The position numbers were made by a program, and so were the translations under genes. A DNA stretch of 64,000 nt, from the NCBI GenBank assembly GCA_040954595.2, contig CM082582.2, positions 2,588,303 to 2,652,302 of the forward strand, in the 5' to 3' direction. Under the pieces are notes generated by a model. It searched no databases, was not told the origin of the DNA, and was given only the letters and a program-made list of their open reading frames with translations. The stretch is from Balanoglossus misakiensis (lineage: Eukaryota; Animalia; Hemichordata). Position 1 is the first letter of the stretch. Each line of letters opens with the position of its first letter. Of the stretch, positions 11,960 to 24,952 are shown piece by piece.

Positions 11960-13900
11960 TTGTCCGTTTTGAACAGCTCGTCTCCGATCTTCTCGACAAC
12001 AATGTGTTTTACTACTCAGATAATGAAACAGCACGGCAACAAATCCTGTATGTGGTGGGACGTTTATCAACAAGACGCAAATGGTCCAAATCCTCAAGGT
12101 CAAAACGAAACGACAACAACACCGGTGCCGCCAATAACACCAAGTCACGCGAACGGCAGCAGTAACAACAACAATGACATCAACGACAGGTACGGAAATT
12201 GTCAAGTTTCAAATGAAGAAATGGTTGATTTCGTTAGGCACCAAATCCCAAAGAACATAATCAGAAAACACCGAACTGACATGAACCAGCTTCAAACTTG
12301 GCTTAATTTGACCCAGTCAGAGTATCGTGAAGTCCATCTTATCCCACCACACGAACTGGACCAACTACTGAGCAAATACCAGAAAACGAGATTGAACTGA
12401 ATATGTAGCCCGGAGACCAGGGCGTCGAAAAGAAACGCCCGGTGACAGTCTCTATTTACGCACAGAATTTTGTGCGCAGAACGACACGGGCGGTAAATCT
12501 TGCATGTAAGCTAATTGGTCACTCAATGTAAACCAAATGACATCATCGCATTCTAAATAAGAAAATAGAGGCGTGAAATTCCCGCGATGGGATGTGGGAG
12601 TGGTTTTGAAGGAGTATGAATATTCATAACCAAGCTTTGTTAATTATATCATCCAACCACTGGCGCCCGTCAACATTTGATAGATCACTCGTTATCCATT
12701 CGTTACTAAGCGACCCTGATCGTAGCCGGGGCTACTATCTTTCAGCTCAGCATGACATTGCTCGACTGTCCCCGGGCGTTGTATTTTAGATCGACGCCCT
12801 GGTCTCCGGGCTACTGAATATGAGCCAGCGACAATGCACAGTTTCCTGAATTCAATCGACCGACTATTACGTGAAAATAAATATCAGTGGAATATTAAAA
12901 CGGATGCTCTTTTCGAGGGCGCTAGACGAGTCTTCGCTGCTAAAAGAAGAACCTAAAAGCTATGGGCTAGGGCAACGCACCCAATAAAACCGAGCCACTA
13001 ACTGCCGACGACGTCAATGCACTTTACAATACTGGACAGCTTGGTATGCATCGCCCAGCAGCACTTCAGAATACCGTGTGGTGGTTTCTAACAACCCAGT
13101 TCGGCCTACACCATGGAACTGGGTGATATTGTCGAGGGCACCGAAGTCATCGATGGCGATATCGTGAAATATATCGAATACAACATCGAGAGACAGACAA
13201 TAACATGACAAGGAGAAAACCCACGAAACACGAGAAAAATAAAGCCCAGAATGTACGAAAATAAATCAAACCCAGAACTGTGTCCGGTTGCAGCTTTTAA
13301 GAAGTTTACCGAAATGCGTCCAACGTCAATGATGGCTGCCGTTAGTCCAGTTTACCTCGCCGTAAATCACAAATACAATGCATCTGACGAGAACAACTGG
13401 TACAAGAATCAGCGACTGGGCATCAACTCCATCAGAGGCCTGATGAAAACTATGGCACAAGCGGCGAATCTTAGCAGTAAGAAAACGAACCATTCAGCTC
13501 GGACGACCCTAGTTACAGAACTGAACAACGTGGATGTACCCTCGACTCATATCATGCAACGGACAGCACACAAGAACGTCAACAGCATCACTCACTACGC
13601 CACAGTGTCACAGAAACAACAGCTAAAAATGTCCTCCATCATGAGCAACATGAAATCGGCCCCATCGTCAACTAGGCCTAACCCGCAAACGGACACAACA
13701 ACTGCACAGTCATCAGATGACACCCGTAATGTTCATTCAAGTTCACTGTTTGGCCCTGGTAAAACGATAACGGGCGGTACATTCACTTCAGTATAAATAT
13801 CAACCAGCCACTGAGATCAAACATGGGCGACAACGCATCGCAATATAAGCCAATAAGAAAACGGATTTATGTTATAGATTCGGACAGTGACTCTGAGTGT
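11960..13900 (+). pseudogene. Crypton-type tyrosine recombinase (DUF3504/KCTD1-like) pseudogene
   Basis: ELDQLLSKY, then across the MITE TEYEPATMHSFLNSIDRLL..GNAPNKTEPL, then CPVAAF..WYKNQRLGINSI..KTNHSAR..TAHKN..SITHY (HxxR..H..Y). Contains stops and frameshifts. Confidence 0.85.
12406..12813. mobile_element. 408-bp MITE, TAG..CTA termini, 9-bp TSD, inserted in the Crypton ORF
   Basis: Perfect 23-bp TIR TAGCCCGGAGACCAGGGCGTCGA. CTGAATATG at 12397-12405 and 12814-12822. Removing it restores the EYEP motif. Confidence 0.9.
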
Positions 13901-14695
13901 TAAATGTTGAGTGAACTGAGTTTCATATTTAGGGGTTGCCTGTTCAAGTGTTCACACTATATTTCATATTAAAGCTAGGACTGTTATGTTTGTAAGTTCA
14001 GTATTTCGCCGTTAAGGGCCTGGTCAGAATTAACAGGGGGGAAGGCCGGTGCGATTGGGGGGGGAGGGTCACCATTTCTCATGCAACGGTTTGGGGGAGG
14101 GCCGCTACATTTTGGGCACTTGTCAAGGGGAGGGTCACTAATTTTTGTGCAAGGATGACACCGAAAATTTTTCAAAATTTGAAGTGTTACAGAGAAATAC
14201 TGAAAAGAGACTTGCGCTCATAGGCACTCATGTATGGATATATTGACATCCCTTGTACTACAAAATACACCACACAACTCACAAAACATACACATGTACC
14301 AGTATGTGATCTTAAATATGAATATATGAATACAAATCTTTAATCAGAACAAACACAATCATAAAAGAACTTATGTAAGAAATGTACTTTTCGCAAAAAT
14401 AACTTAATACATAAATATACAGTTTTTTATGAAAAGGTGACGTCCGAGTCCATTTGTATGTGGCAGAGATTATTGATGCTTTCTGCATATTGTCATTGTG
14501 ACGACTGCGCTGGGGTGTCCCCATCTTGCTCTTACAATGTGACAACATGCAGAATGCCTCAATAATCTCTGCCAAATAAAAATGGACTCGGACGCTGCCA
14601 CCTAGCCAATAATAAGACACTTCGGTTTATTTATACTAGTATGCTGTCACCGCTATTAAAGTACTGTTACTGCTACTACTGTAAAACAATGCATT

Positions 14696-14756
14696 CTACC
14701 CATCCCCTTGATGGTCACCACTCCCCTCCTCTTCCTTTTCCTCATCCACCCTCCCC

Positions 14757-14788
<32 letters not shown>

Positions 14789-16581
14789 GTTGTCATCATT
14801 ATCATCATCATCAGCATCACAGCTGTTGTAGTCATTGTCACTGTGAAAGTTTATGGCCCAGTCTTTGTGGGACAAGCAATCTGCGATTAAATCAAATGCA
14901 CCATTTGTGATTTTGCTTTCTCTTTTCAGTAATTTTATGTATTTCACATCTCTTAGATATAGTCTTCCGACACCTTCAAAATGAATTTTGTCATCTGTGA
15001 TGACAGAATTATGTATGTCACATGATGGGGCAATAATACTAGCTACTCTTCTTTTGCCAGCATTATCTCTGTTTTCTCTACGTTTCTTAGCTAGCCTCCT
15101 ATTTGGTTTCTTTTTACGTTTAATACTTGTGTGCTTCATGTAATGAAAAGAAAACATTTCATGTACTTTCTGCTTCCTGTCCTTCAACTTTATTTCTAAC
15201 TCTTCAATTTGCTTATTCAACTCTTCAATTAAAGTTAAACATTTGGTGTTGAAATGGACGGCACACTCGTGGCCAGATTTTATTTTTCCATTTTTTTGTA
15301 TAGCATTGCTGGGTATCAGAAAGAAGTTTATCTTTCTCTTGTTGAAGAGATGTTTTGATTTCTCCAACTTTATGTTCATTCTGTTCTATAATTCTGCTGT
15401 GATGAGGTTTTAAAATCTCAGAAGCAAGAACGACACAAAAAGCTGCTGGGTTGTTAGTGCTTGTCACTTTCTCCACATCATTTTGGAAGCGCTCAAATTT
15501 CATTTCCAACTCGTATTGACGCCGTCCCTCTTCATGAAACTTCTTGCAGAAGTCTCTTGTGTTTTTGCTCCACTTAAAATTTGCTGAGTAAAAGTCTGGT
15601 AAGACCCGGTTCATGAAGACTGCCCGCTTTGTTTTACCATTAGGAATATAACCATATTTAGGTTGCATCCACGGTTTCTGCTTGCTGCTCTCACCTGCAC
15701 CTGACTTGGATTGGCTGGGTTGGAGAAATGACTCCTTGCTGGGAATTGGGTGTTTCAGAATGCTCCTTTTGAACCTATTGAGTCGCTTTATTTCAATAGA
15801 CAGTCCTGAAATCAATAAAAATACGGATAAAAGGCTAAATGACTACATACAAGTTTACATGGGTATTTTATGCACAAGGCAAAACATCAGTCAATATCCC
15901 AATACATGATATATGATATTTGATTTATGCATTATTACAGAAAAGCCAAATTTAATTCTTAATTGTTGTCTATCAAACGAGTATAAAAGTATAAAAGCAG
16001 CCTGCATTTATTTCTAATATCTGTTGATGCAATTTTCAGGGATATAAATTTGAAAGAAATGGTCATCTCTACACATTGCCACTAGCTATTGCACCTGTGA
16101 TTCAGAGCACTTTTTTCCATAAAAAATAATGTACAACTAAGAATAGATGCATTTTTTTAATCAGCAGATATTCTACATCTAAGAGGTATATAACATTTTT
16201 CAAACTGGGTAGAAATATTGTTTATATTAAACCCCAGCTACAATTTCATCTGAGTTTTAAACGCTAAAAGCTATCGTAGACGTTACGGTAGGTGTCAAAA
16301 TTAAAGTTCCGGTCAAAGTTGCAGGGCGATGCATGAAAACACACACAATTCCTGTCTGATTACAGGCAGCGACTGACTCCGCAGCCGCAGACAGAGCTGA
16401 GATGAGATGAGATTCCACACTTACCAATATCTTTAAGGTCGTCGTCATCAACATCAACTAGATGCTTTGCTTTTTGAACACCGGCGTCTAAAAAATATTG
16501 CGTGTAATTGTGCAGGTCACACATTTGCAAGAAATCAGCAATGTTGCTCTCATCAGATGTTGGCTGCTCTTCCACTGCCAT
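14696..16581 (-). CDS. SAM-domain protein with coiled-coil, basic region and acidic tail (exons 16425-16581 and 14696-15805; one probable frameshift)
   Basis: IADFLQMCDLHNYTQYFLDAGVQKAKHLVDVDDDDLKDIG|GLSIEIKRL is SAM-like across a phase-compatible GT-AG intron. The frame change is best explained by the T run at ~15291-15297. The (CAT)n tract encodes poly-Asp. Confidence 0.65.
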
Positions 16582-18744
16582 GATGACACTATGGAGGTAC
16601 ACGTGTGTAGAATGTTATGATGGGAAGTTCACCTCTTTTCCGAAAGCTCAAGATTTTAAAAAAAATATTTCACAAAACGAAAATTAAATTACATTTCAGT
16701 GATAAAAAATCACATAATACTGATTTTAATGCAAAAATGCCACCTTTGGTGTGAATGTACCAAGCTCGCGATAAATTCCCGCGATAAATACACACGTGAC
16801 CTTTTTACTGTTCAAAATCAAAATGGCTGATGTCGCTCTCGGTCCGTCTTCTAAAGAAAGCGAGAAAGATCGCGTCAAGTTGACATTTTCGGAGAGGAGA
16901 AGTGCCTCGCGGAAGCAGTCCAAGGTTGGTGGCGGGTACGAACGTGTATCACAACAAACGTGTAAACCGGAACAATGTGAGGAGAAGCTCGAGGCACTCT
17001 TGGACGTGCACAGAAAAGCGCCCGAGAAACAGAAAATCGTCCAAGGCCTGCTGTATGTTGTACACCAATTGATGGTGAGAAGTGATTTTGATGGAAAGGT
17101 GAAAGGGTATTTACCCTTCAAAGATGCCTATGGACTGTATTGCGGATTTTTTGAAACTCAGCCAACTGAACATGAATTCCGTGACCAACTGCTACATCCT
17201 GACCATGTACTCAATGTAACAGTTGTCACACTGGCAGGGTGTAGATATATCATACTCAATAACAGTTTTGTTAGCTTTACTGATTTGTTCGTAGAACTAG
17301 AACATGCTACAGATCGCAAAGATACTGCAAGATTTCCTTTGACAATCGAATCCCTGCATGATATCATTGCAACCATGGACACAGAGTATGATAAATCTGT
17401 TGTGAAAGCTGTTCTTTTTGCATCAAACTCAAGAAATGACATGCATATGCTTGGAGTAAAACCAAACAGAGCTGTACAGTTTCTTTCCAAAGTGTTAGTT
17501 TCTGCAGAAGAATTCAAAAATGCCACTGAAGCAGCCCAAGATGTCCTTGTTCGTAGGGTGAAGGAAAAGATTAACAAAATAGTACAGCAAATAGAAGATG
17601 TTGATGCCAGACTAGACAGTTGTAGTTTGTCTGATAAAAGAAGAAGTGATCTATGTGCAGAGAGAGATTGCTTAGATAAACAAAAGCGGGAATTAGCATT
17701 ATTGTTAACTCCAGAAGATAAAAGTAGTAGGAGACGAGCCCTGCAATCTAAGAAGCGGATCGCTCAAACATTGCTGGAAGAAAATCGGGTAAAGCGTAGA
17801 AAGCTTGGAGGAGGTGCACCTCGCCTTCTAGATACAGAGGATGAACTTTTCATCGCAAAAGCTGTTGAATAAAAAAGTACAGCACATGGGCGAAGACATA
17901 ATATTACACTTTACTCTCACCACCGTGTTAAGAAGAGACATTTTCTGTCCCTAGCGAATTACATGCTGCTCCAAAGGGGAAAGAAATTAATCAAATCAGC
18001 AACAACAGTTCTTAATAGAGGCCGTCCTCGAAATGTACGATCCATACAGGCAAAAGCACACATGGGGAAGTCCTTGTTTTGTGCCAGAAAGCCACCAAAG
18101 ACTGAGCTACATTCAACGGAGTCCACTCATCATCAGAGGGCACATGTGAAGAATGCTAAATTTAATATGTTTAGCGATTCGGAATGGTCAAACAGCCTTA
18201 TGATCAGTATGGATGATAAAGCTTACCTAAGACCAGGAACTGATGGTGAGTAAAATTTTGTTGATTCATGGATTAAGGGCCCAGGACAAGGAAACAGTCC
18301 CTTTCCAAACAGTCTCTTCTTTCAAATAGTGAAAAACCCATATGAACTATATATCATTGGAAAGCATGAAGCTGTGTGACATGAAATTTAATCAGTTTTT
18401 GTCTTCTGTTTTGGTTTAATAGTTGGAGCAAGAGATGTTAAGAAAGGTGTAATCTATGATGTTACAAACCCGGAAAAACAGAACAAACTCCCTCAACATG
18501 ATTTTAGTACGCCTGAAGTACATGTCACTCCGACCTCATTCCGCTTCATCTCTGCCAAAACTGTAACTGTTGAAGGTAAGTGTGATTAATGCACTAGTTT
18601 GCTGAATATACTTAGTACAGATATCTAAATTGCCAAATATAAAAATCCAAAACATTGTTCACATATGTACTTCTTGTACACTTGGGAAATGAGTAATTTA
18701 ATATAGGAATTGACCAATCAGAATCAACCTGTCTTTATGAGACC

Positions 18745-20832
18745 TTTTTAGGTCCCATTGGTATAAGCATATATACCATGGGACCTTATGGGATCGGTTG
18801 CGTCTGTATGTATGTATGGATGGATGGATGGATGGATGGATGGATGTATGTCTGTATGTCCGTCCACATCAAAAACTTGAAAACCGCTGCGCGTATCACC
18901 TCAATATTTGGTGTGTAGGTGCAGGCTAGGCTGTAGATGGGAGTTTGTCCAAACAAAGTTGCCAGGCCCAAAAATATGCAAATTAGCTGGAAAAATGTGA
19001 AATTTATCAAAACTCTGGAAGTCAACAACTACTCGTCAGATTGCTTTAAAAATTGGTATGCATGTACCATATGTCAACCTCACATCGACCTGTAAGTGTT
19101 GATTTAATATCATCGATGTTTTATTTTTTATGAATTTTTTAGTCTTTTTATTAAATTTATACCTTTACTTATACCTCTATGGTTAAGCTATGTCCACATC
19201 TTATTGTGGAATTCTGGTCTGTGCAATAGTCCTGTACAGTGACTGTCTATTGGTCAGTGAGCACAATGGGGCCAAAATGAAAGGCAAAATTTTGGGCTCA
19301 CCTGTAACACCTGCTTAACACATTAATTATGTGCATATCTAATTCCGGGCTAACTAATAGGGCTAGAGGTTTCGTTCTTGTGGGACATGGACCAGTATAG
19401 GGTCAAAATTTCTTGCCCAAATTTTGGGTGACCTCAGGTGACCTTTGACCAACTTTCCTATATCTCGGCATCCAGAGCAGGTACAGACTTGGCGTTTGGA
19501 GGGTTGGGACTAAAATTGAAAAGCCAAAATATTGGTCACCTGTGACACCTGCATATCTCATTAATTATGTGCATACCTAATTCCAGGCTAACCAATAGGG
19601 CTATAGGTTTGGTTTTTGTTGAACCTGGACCAGTATAGGGTCAACATTTCTTGCCCAAATTTTGCATGACCTCAGGTGACCTTTGACCTACTTTATCATA
19701 TCTTGACATCCAGAGAAGGTACAGACTTGGCGTTTGGAGGGTTGGGACTAAAACTGAAAAGCCAAAATTGGGGGTCACCTGTGACACCTGCATATCTCAT
19801 TAATTATGTGCATACCTAATTCCAGGCTAACCAATAGGGCTATAGGTTTGGTTTTTGTTGAACCTGGACCAGTATAGGGTCAACATTTCTTGCCCAAATT
19901 TTGCATGACCTCAGGTGACCTTTGACCTACTTTATCATATCTTGACATCCAGAGAAGGTACAGACTTGGCGTTTGGAGGGTTGGGACTAAAACTGAAAAG
20001 CCAAAATTGGGGGTCACCTGTGACACCTGCATATCTCATTAATTATGTGCATACCTAATTCCAGGCTAACCAATAGGGCTATAGGTTTGGTTTTTGTTGA
20101 ACATGGACCAGTATAGGGTCAAAATTTTTTGCCCAAATTTTGGGTGACCTCAGGTGACCTTTGACCTACTTTCCTATATCTCGGCATCCAGAGCAGGTAC
20201 AGACTTGGCGTTTGGAGGGTTGGGACTAAAATTGAAAAGCCAAAATTGGGGGTCACCTGTGACACCTGCATATCTCATTAATTATGTGCATACCTAATTC
20301 CAGGCTAACCAATAGGGCTATAGGTTTGGTTTTTGTTGAACCTGGACCAGTATAGGGTCAACATTTCTTGCCCAAATTTTGCATGACCTCAGGTGACCTT
20401 TGACCTACTTTATCATATCTTGACATCCAGAGAAGGTACAGACTTGGCGTCTGGAGGGTTGGGACTAAAACTGAAAAGCCAAAATTGGGGGTCACCTGTG
20501 ACACCTGCATATCTCATTAATTATGTGCATACCTAATTCCAGGCTAACCAATAGGGCTATAGGTTTGGTTTTTGTTGAACATGGACCAGTATAGGTTCAA
20601 AATTCCTTGCCCAAATTTTGCATAACCTCAGGTGACCTTTGACCTACTTTTCCATATCTTGGCATCCAGAGCAGATATGCTTATTGCTATGTTGCTATGT
20701 GCTATATTGGCTTGGGCCCGATATTGCTGCTTGCAGATCTGCTTGCAATGTCACCTGTAATTTTTATTCTGGTGTGTCACTGTTTCCGCATAATCCTCAA
20801 ATGGGACCACAGTGTCCTTGACGCTATTTTTT
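18745..20832 (+). mobile_element. Helentron-associated non-autonomous element (HINE/DINE-1/pearl-like), copy 1
   Basis: T-run flanks and no TSD. 5' GGTCCCATTGGTATA..TATACCATGGGACC hairpin, (GTAT/GGAT)n microsatellite, internal tandem array, 3' subterminal IR AATGGGACC followed by a short stem-loop. Lies in a transposase intron. Confidence 0.8.
19280..20675 (+). repeat. 239-bp tandem array (~5.8 units) inside HINE copy 1
   Basis: The unit marker CACCTGT recurs at 19299, 19537, 19776, 20015, 20254 and 20493. Confidence 0.95.
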
Positions 20833-23800
20833 ACATTATCTCCTAATTTTCTTATTCCCTTATAAGGAAATAAAGAACTTGTCAATTAAAAGGATCAAAC
20901 TGTGGTGGTGATTCGACCTAAACATTTCATTGGGAGCAGTGGAAGTGTCTGGGCCTCTGACTACTTGATGTTAAGGTAACATTCTAACAATACCAAAGTA
21001 TGATTAAATTTTGAGTTTTGTATAGTTGTTGAACAGATACATATCCTGCCTTACAAATACTAAGTGTGGAGCTACTTCCATACATTTTGGTTTGTAGGAG
21101 AGAAGAGCCTGAGCTTTTTGAGAAGCAACAAGGACATTCTTCAAATAACCAGGCTTTGAAGATTTTCTATGCACAAGTCCATGATACAGTCTTCCACTTT
21201 AAAGGTAGGTTTGCTCTGCCACTGAAGCAATTATTATTAAATACCCCAAGTCTTGTTTTTTTGCAAAAATAAATAGTTTTTGAAACAAGAAGGCAGGACA
21301 AGTCAAAACAAAAGTTTTTTTCAGTATTTTTGTTGTGTCTTTCAACTACGCTGGATCCCTGAATCATGATCAAATACCCAGTGTATAGATTCTCAACACA
21401 ACCTATATGAATATAATTACCATTGTTATTGTTGTAAATTGTATTCTAATCCAGACTAGAATTCATTTGTCAACAATAACAGTGTCATTTCACATATACA
21501 GGTTATGTTGAGAGTGAGAATACTAGGCATTTCAGCATGATCTAGAGAAACGTAAAGCTGATATACACAGATCCAAAATACTGAAAAAAATAGCCAAAGT
21601 TACATCTAATGTCCCTTTAATTAATGCATTTTATTGTACCATAGTCCCCTTTGTCAGCTAAAGAGGACAATCCTGTTGGTGATTATCCATCCTTTAGTTA
21701 TGCAGTTCAATTCATGCTTTATAACTACTTTTGTTTATAGATACAACTGTACAAGAAGATGTTGAATGTGTGACAACTGATCAAAAATGTGTATTTCGCA
21801 AATATGAAGGTGACAGGCTGGCTTGGTTGCATCATCATTTGGAGCAGGCATGGACAAGATTGGATGAATATCTGAAAAGAAGACAGGAGGAGAGTTCATC
21901 AGATTTGCTAGAGCCAGTGAAACAGCTTATCCAAAATGCAGAGTCACTGCTGGGAGAAATAAGGTGCATTTGTAAAATTATTTAATGAGTTCAGTCATTG
22001 GCTCTGTTATCGAACCCTGATGTTGAATATCACAGCAAAACATTACTGTCAGATTTCCCCTTTTGGAAAAATGGAACTATCGCTTTTAGTCACTTTTGAA
22101 TGCTTATCTGATTTGTTATCTTTTACATTTCAGGACCATTAACAAAGATGCCCTTTTTGTTGGTTTGACTGGCTTGATTGACATATGTGATATTATCATA
22201 CAGAAGCTCTCTTTTGTTCAAGCACCTATGTATGGCAATATTCTCAAGACGACTGATGCAGGACCAGGTGTTGGTGTCAGCAATGTGGAAGTGAGATATA
22301 GAGATGCTGAACTTATACGAATTCATGGAACTGACCGCATGATACGACTACACAGAGCACCTGGGGATTCTGGTCAAAATGAGGCAGAAAGATCAAATGC
22401 TGCAATAGGTAAGCAGTAGGGCTACTCCGGAATTAAAATGTTGTGCACAGACTACTGTATTGTTCCATTGAAAACATATGCGCAAGAAGTCATGTGATAA
22501 CAGTACAAAGAAATACACGTTTGTGAGTGCATACATAGGAGTACATGCATTTCTGTGGACGTTTTTCAACACATTGGTTTGTTTGTACCGTGGTGCATAT
22601 TTGAAATCCGGTTTTCACCTGTTGTGGAATACTATTCTGTAGCGTATTCATTTGCATATAGGCCTATAGGCCTTATTCACTGTCTTTTTATATCAGGCTC
22701 TTAATTATTTTGTATTTCTCTTGAAACATAGGAGAAGCTCTTGTGGATGGAACAGCCCTGAAGTGGGATTATCATTAACCCTATGAGAACATGACAAGGG
22801 ATGAAAAAACAGCCTAACAATTGACCAGACAAAAGAACTGGAGAAAACTTGCATGGAGAAAAATGTATGGCATGTGTCTAAAGAGGTACAGATGAGGATA
22901 GATGATGAACCAGGGCCAGCTGGTGATTACATGAAGAGATACATCACTGCTAGGGAAGGGGAGCACAGTACGATATTTTACCCACAATTCTCCATGATTT
23001 GTATCATCGAGGTTGTCCATTTAATAACTTTTTCTGTTTTAGATACTAACAATGATATGAAGTACATATAACTATTTATCTAGGAAAAGTACGTTGAAGA
23101 ACGAGAGTGGAAATTTCAAAATCAATATTTAAAAGCCATAGGAATCAAAATATTCATGTATTGCAAATGTCACACTTTGGAGGAAACAAGCAAATAACTA
23201 ACTGAGGTGTATTTAATAGTGGTCTACAATTTTCTGTACACATGTGAACATTGCCTGGTTTGACTGAGTAATCTCTGATTGTACAAATCAGAATGAATCA
23301 TCAGATATTGTGGGGAGGGTCACTTGATTTTGTTCATGGAGAAGGGGGAGGGTCAGCATTTTTTGTGCAAGAAATCGGTGGAGGGTCAGTATTTTTCATG
23401 CATGCAGATTTTGAATCCACCGGCCTCCCCCCCCCCCCTGTTAATTCTGACCAGGCCCTAACCATTTTAAAAATGAAAACAAAAATACCATTTAATACAT
23501 TTTGAATGTTTATTATAAATTTCATATAATTGCTTCAAGACATTGCCAATAAATCAAGTCATCACTATATACACTGTACTCACTTCTTGTCCTGTCTACC
23601 CTATCTTTCATCTTCTCACTTGAAAACTTTCCTAAACTGCTAAAATATCCAGATTGCATTTGTAGATGCATGGGAATGATCGAGTCCAAATTAACTGCAT
23701 TTTTCGCGCTGAAAAAACAGCTGATCACTGGAAAGCAGGTCATGCAGCGCAGACGCTCTATGGACCGCAAGATTACTCTGAAGGGTCGTCCATGTTTCTA

Positions 23801-24801
23801 CTTTCGAATATTAGACATGATTTTCTTTCAAAGCTAATATCTGAGTCTACTGGTCGTATACACACACTATGAATAAAACACAACAGTGTTTTGAAATCTA
23901 CAAAGACAGTTCAATGATAAAAACTCTCAGTGTTAAATTCCCAATTGAACCCCTCTAAATTAATGGTATAGCCCTTACGAGGGCTGATATCACTAGGTGA
24001 TACGGTCGACGTCAACTCACAACTCAATCATATCAGTATGATTACGCCAATAAAACGAATGGGAAATTATAGATTTCTATCGTTTTTGCTGCTTATTTCG
24101 GCGATTCCAAACGCAAACAGTCTAAGCATGTATGATAAAGGGGTTATTACACGGATTTTGGTCGATAACGCGTCGTATTCAAGTGATGTCCGTATTTTGC
24201 CGAGTTGCGCTTCGTAAAACGAGTCAAAATACGGACATCACGAGAATAACCCCTAATTATATTATATATTTATATATATATTATATTATATTATATCATG
24301 CTACCGTCCGCGATTCTGATTGGATGAGAGCTATGGTAAAATACTGTTTTACCACTCCTGGCAGTGGTAAAACGGGCCCCTGAACTAGCAAGCAGCAGGG
24401 AAAATGTGCGGTTAAAGGGACAAAGTCTCTGTGTCGCTGCCCTTTTTCCATTAATTATATTTGATACAAGACACCATTTATATTATTCTACATGTGGATA
24501 TATAGTGATTCAGCGTTCAACGTTGAGTATTCTTTCCACCACGGTCAAATTTGGTTTCTTTCTCAACAAACTGTACAATCTCCAATATTATACCAGGATC
24601 CTGAAAAAATACAAGATCAAGTGATTCGTAAATACTCTGACAAGGTAATTTGGCATATTTTTGTATCTGGACAACATTGTACATAATACAAAATGTTTTT
24701 AAAAAATCACACTATGTTTGCTTCAACAAGCCTAATAATGATATCACCACCAGGATTTGATGCATCTCAATGCTGGATTACATTATACGGTATGTAAGAT
24801 A

Positions 24802-24928
24802 TAGTCAAACCTGTTTTATTGGCCACTTTGTACAGTTCTTGTGCATTTTACATTTCCATTTATTGACCTGTTTACAAAGGTCAGTATGGGAAAGTCCCTT
24901 GACTGTCCACTATAGAAAGGATTGACTG
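24802..24928. mobile_element. Small decayed Tc1/mariner-type MITE
   Basis: ta|tagtcaaacctgtt...aaggattgactg|ta: imperfect TIRs with TA flanks. Confidence 0.45.
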
Positions 24929-24952
24929 TACATGTTATAGAGTTGACAGGGT

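Larger units (their letters stand above)
16823..22965 (+). pseudogene. Multi-exon Zator/TP36(ISAzo13)-like DDE transposase with nonsense mutations
   Basis: D1 MISMDDKAYLRPGT (~18200), PQHDF (18491), D2 TDAGPGVG (~22252), E HRAPGDSGQNEAER (~22351-22390). Approximate exons: 16823-18246, 18423-18575, 20866-20975, 21098-21204, 21742-21963, 22134-22408, 22732-22965. In-frame stops at 17870, ~20888, ~22775 and ~22815. Confidence 0.75.
14016..23458 (+). mobile_element. Zator-like DNA transposon B (9.4 kb, two divergently oriented genes)
   Basis: TIRs GGGCCTGGTCAGAATTAACAGGGGGG. TAA TSD at 14013-14015 and 23459-23461. GGGAGGGTCA motifs repeated near both ends. Confidence 0.88.

Noticed and set aside
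14641-14910. Poly-His, poly-Ile and poly-Met ORFs
   Set aside because: Alternative frames of a (CAT)n microsatellite; only the poly-Asp frame belongs to a longer ORF.
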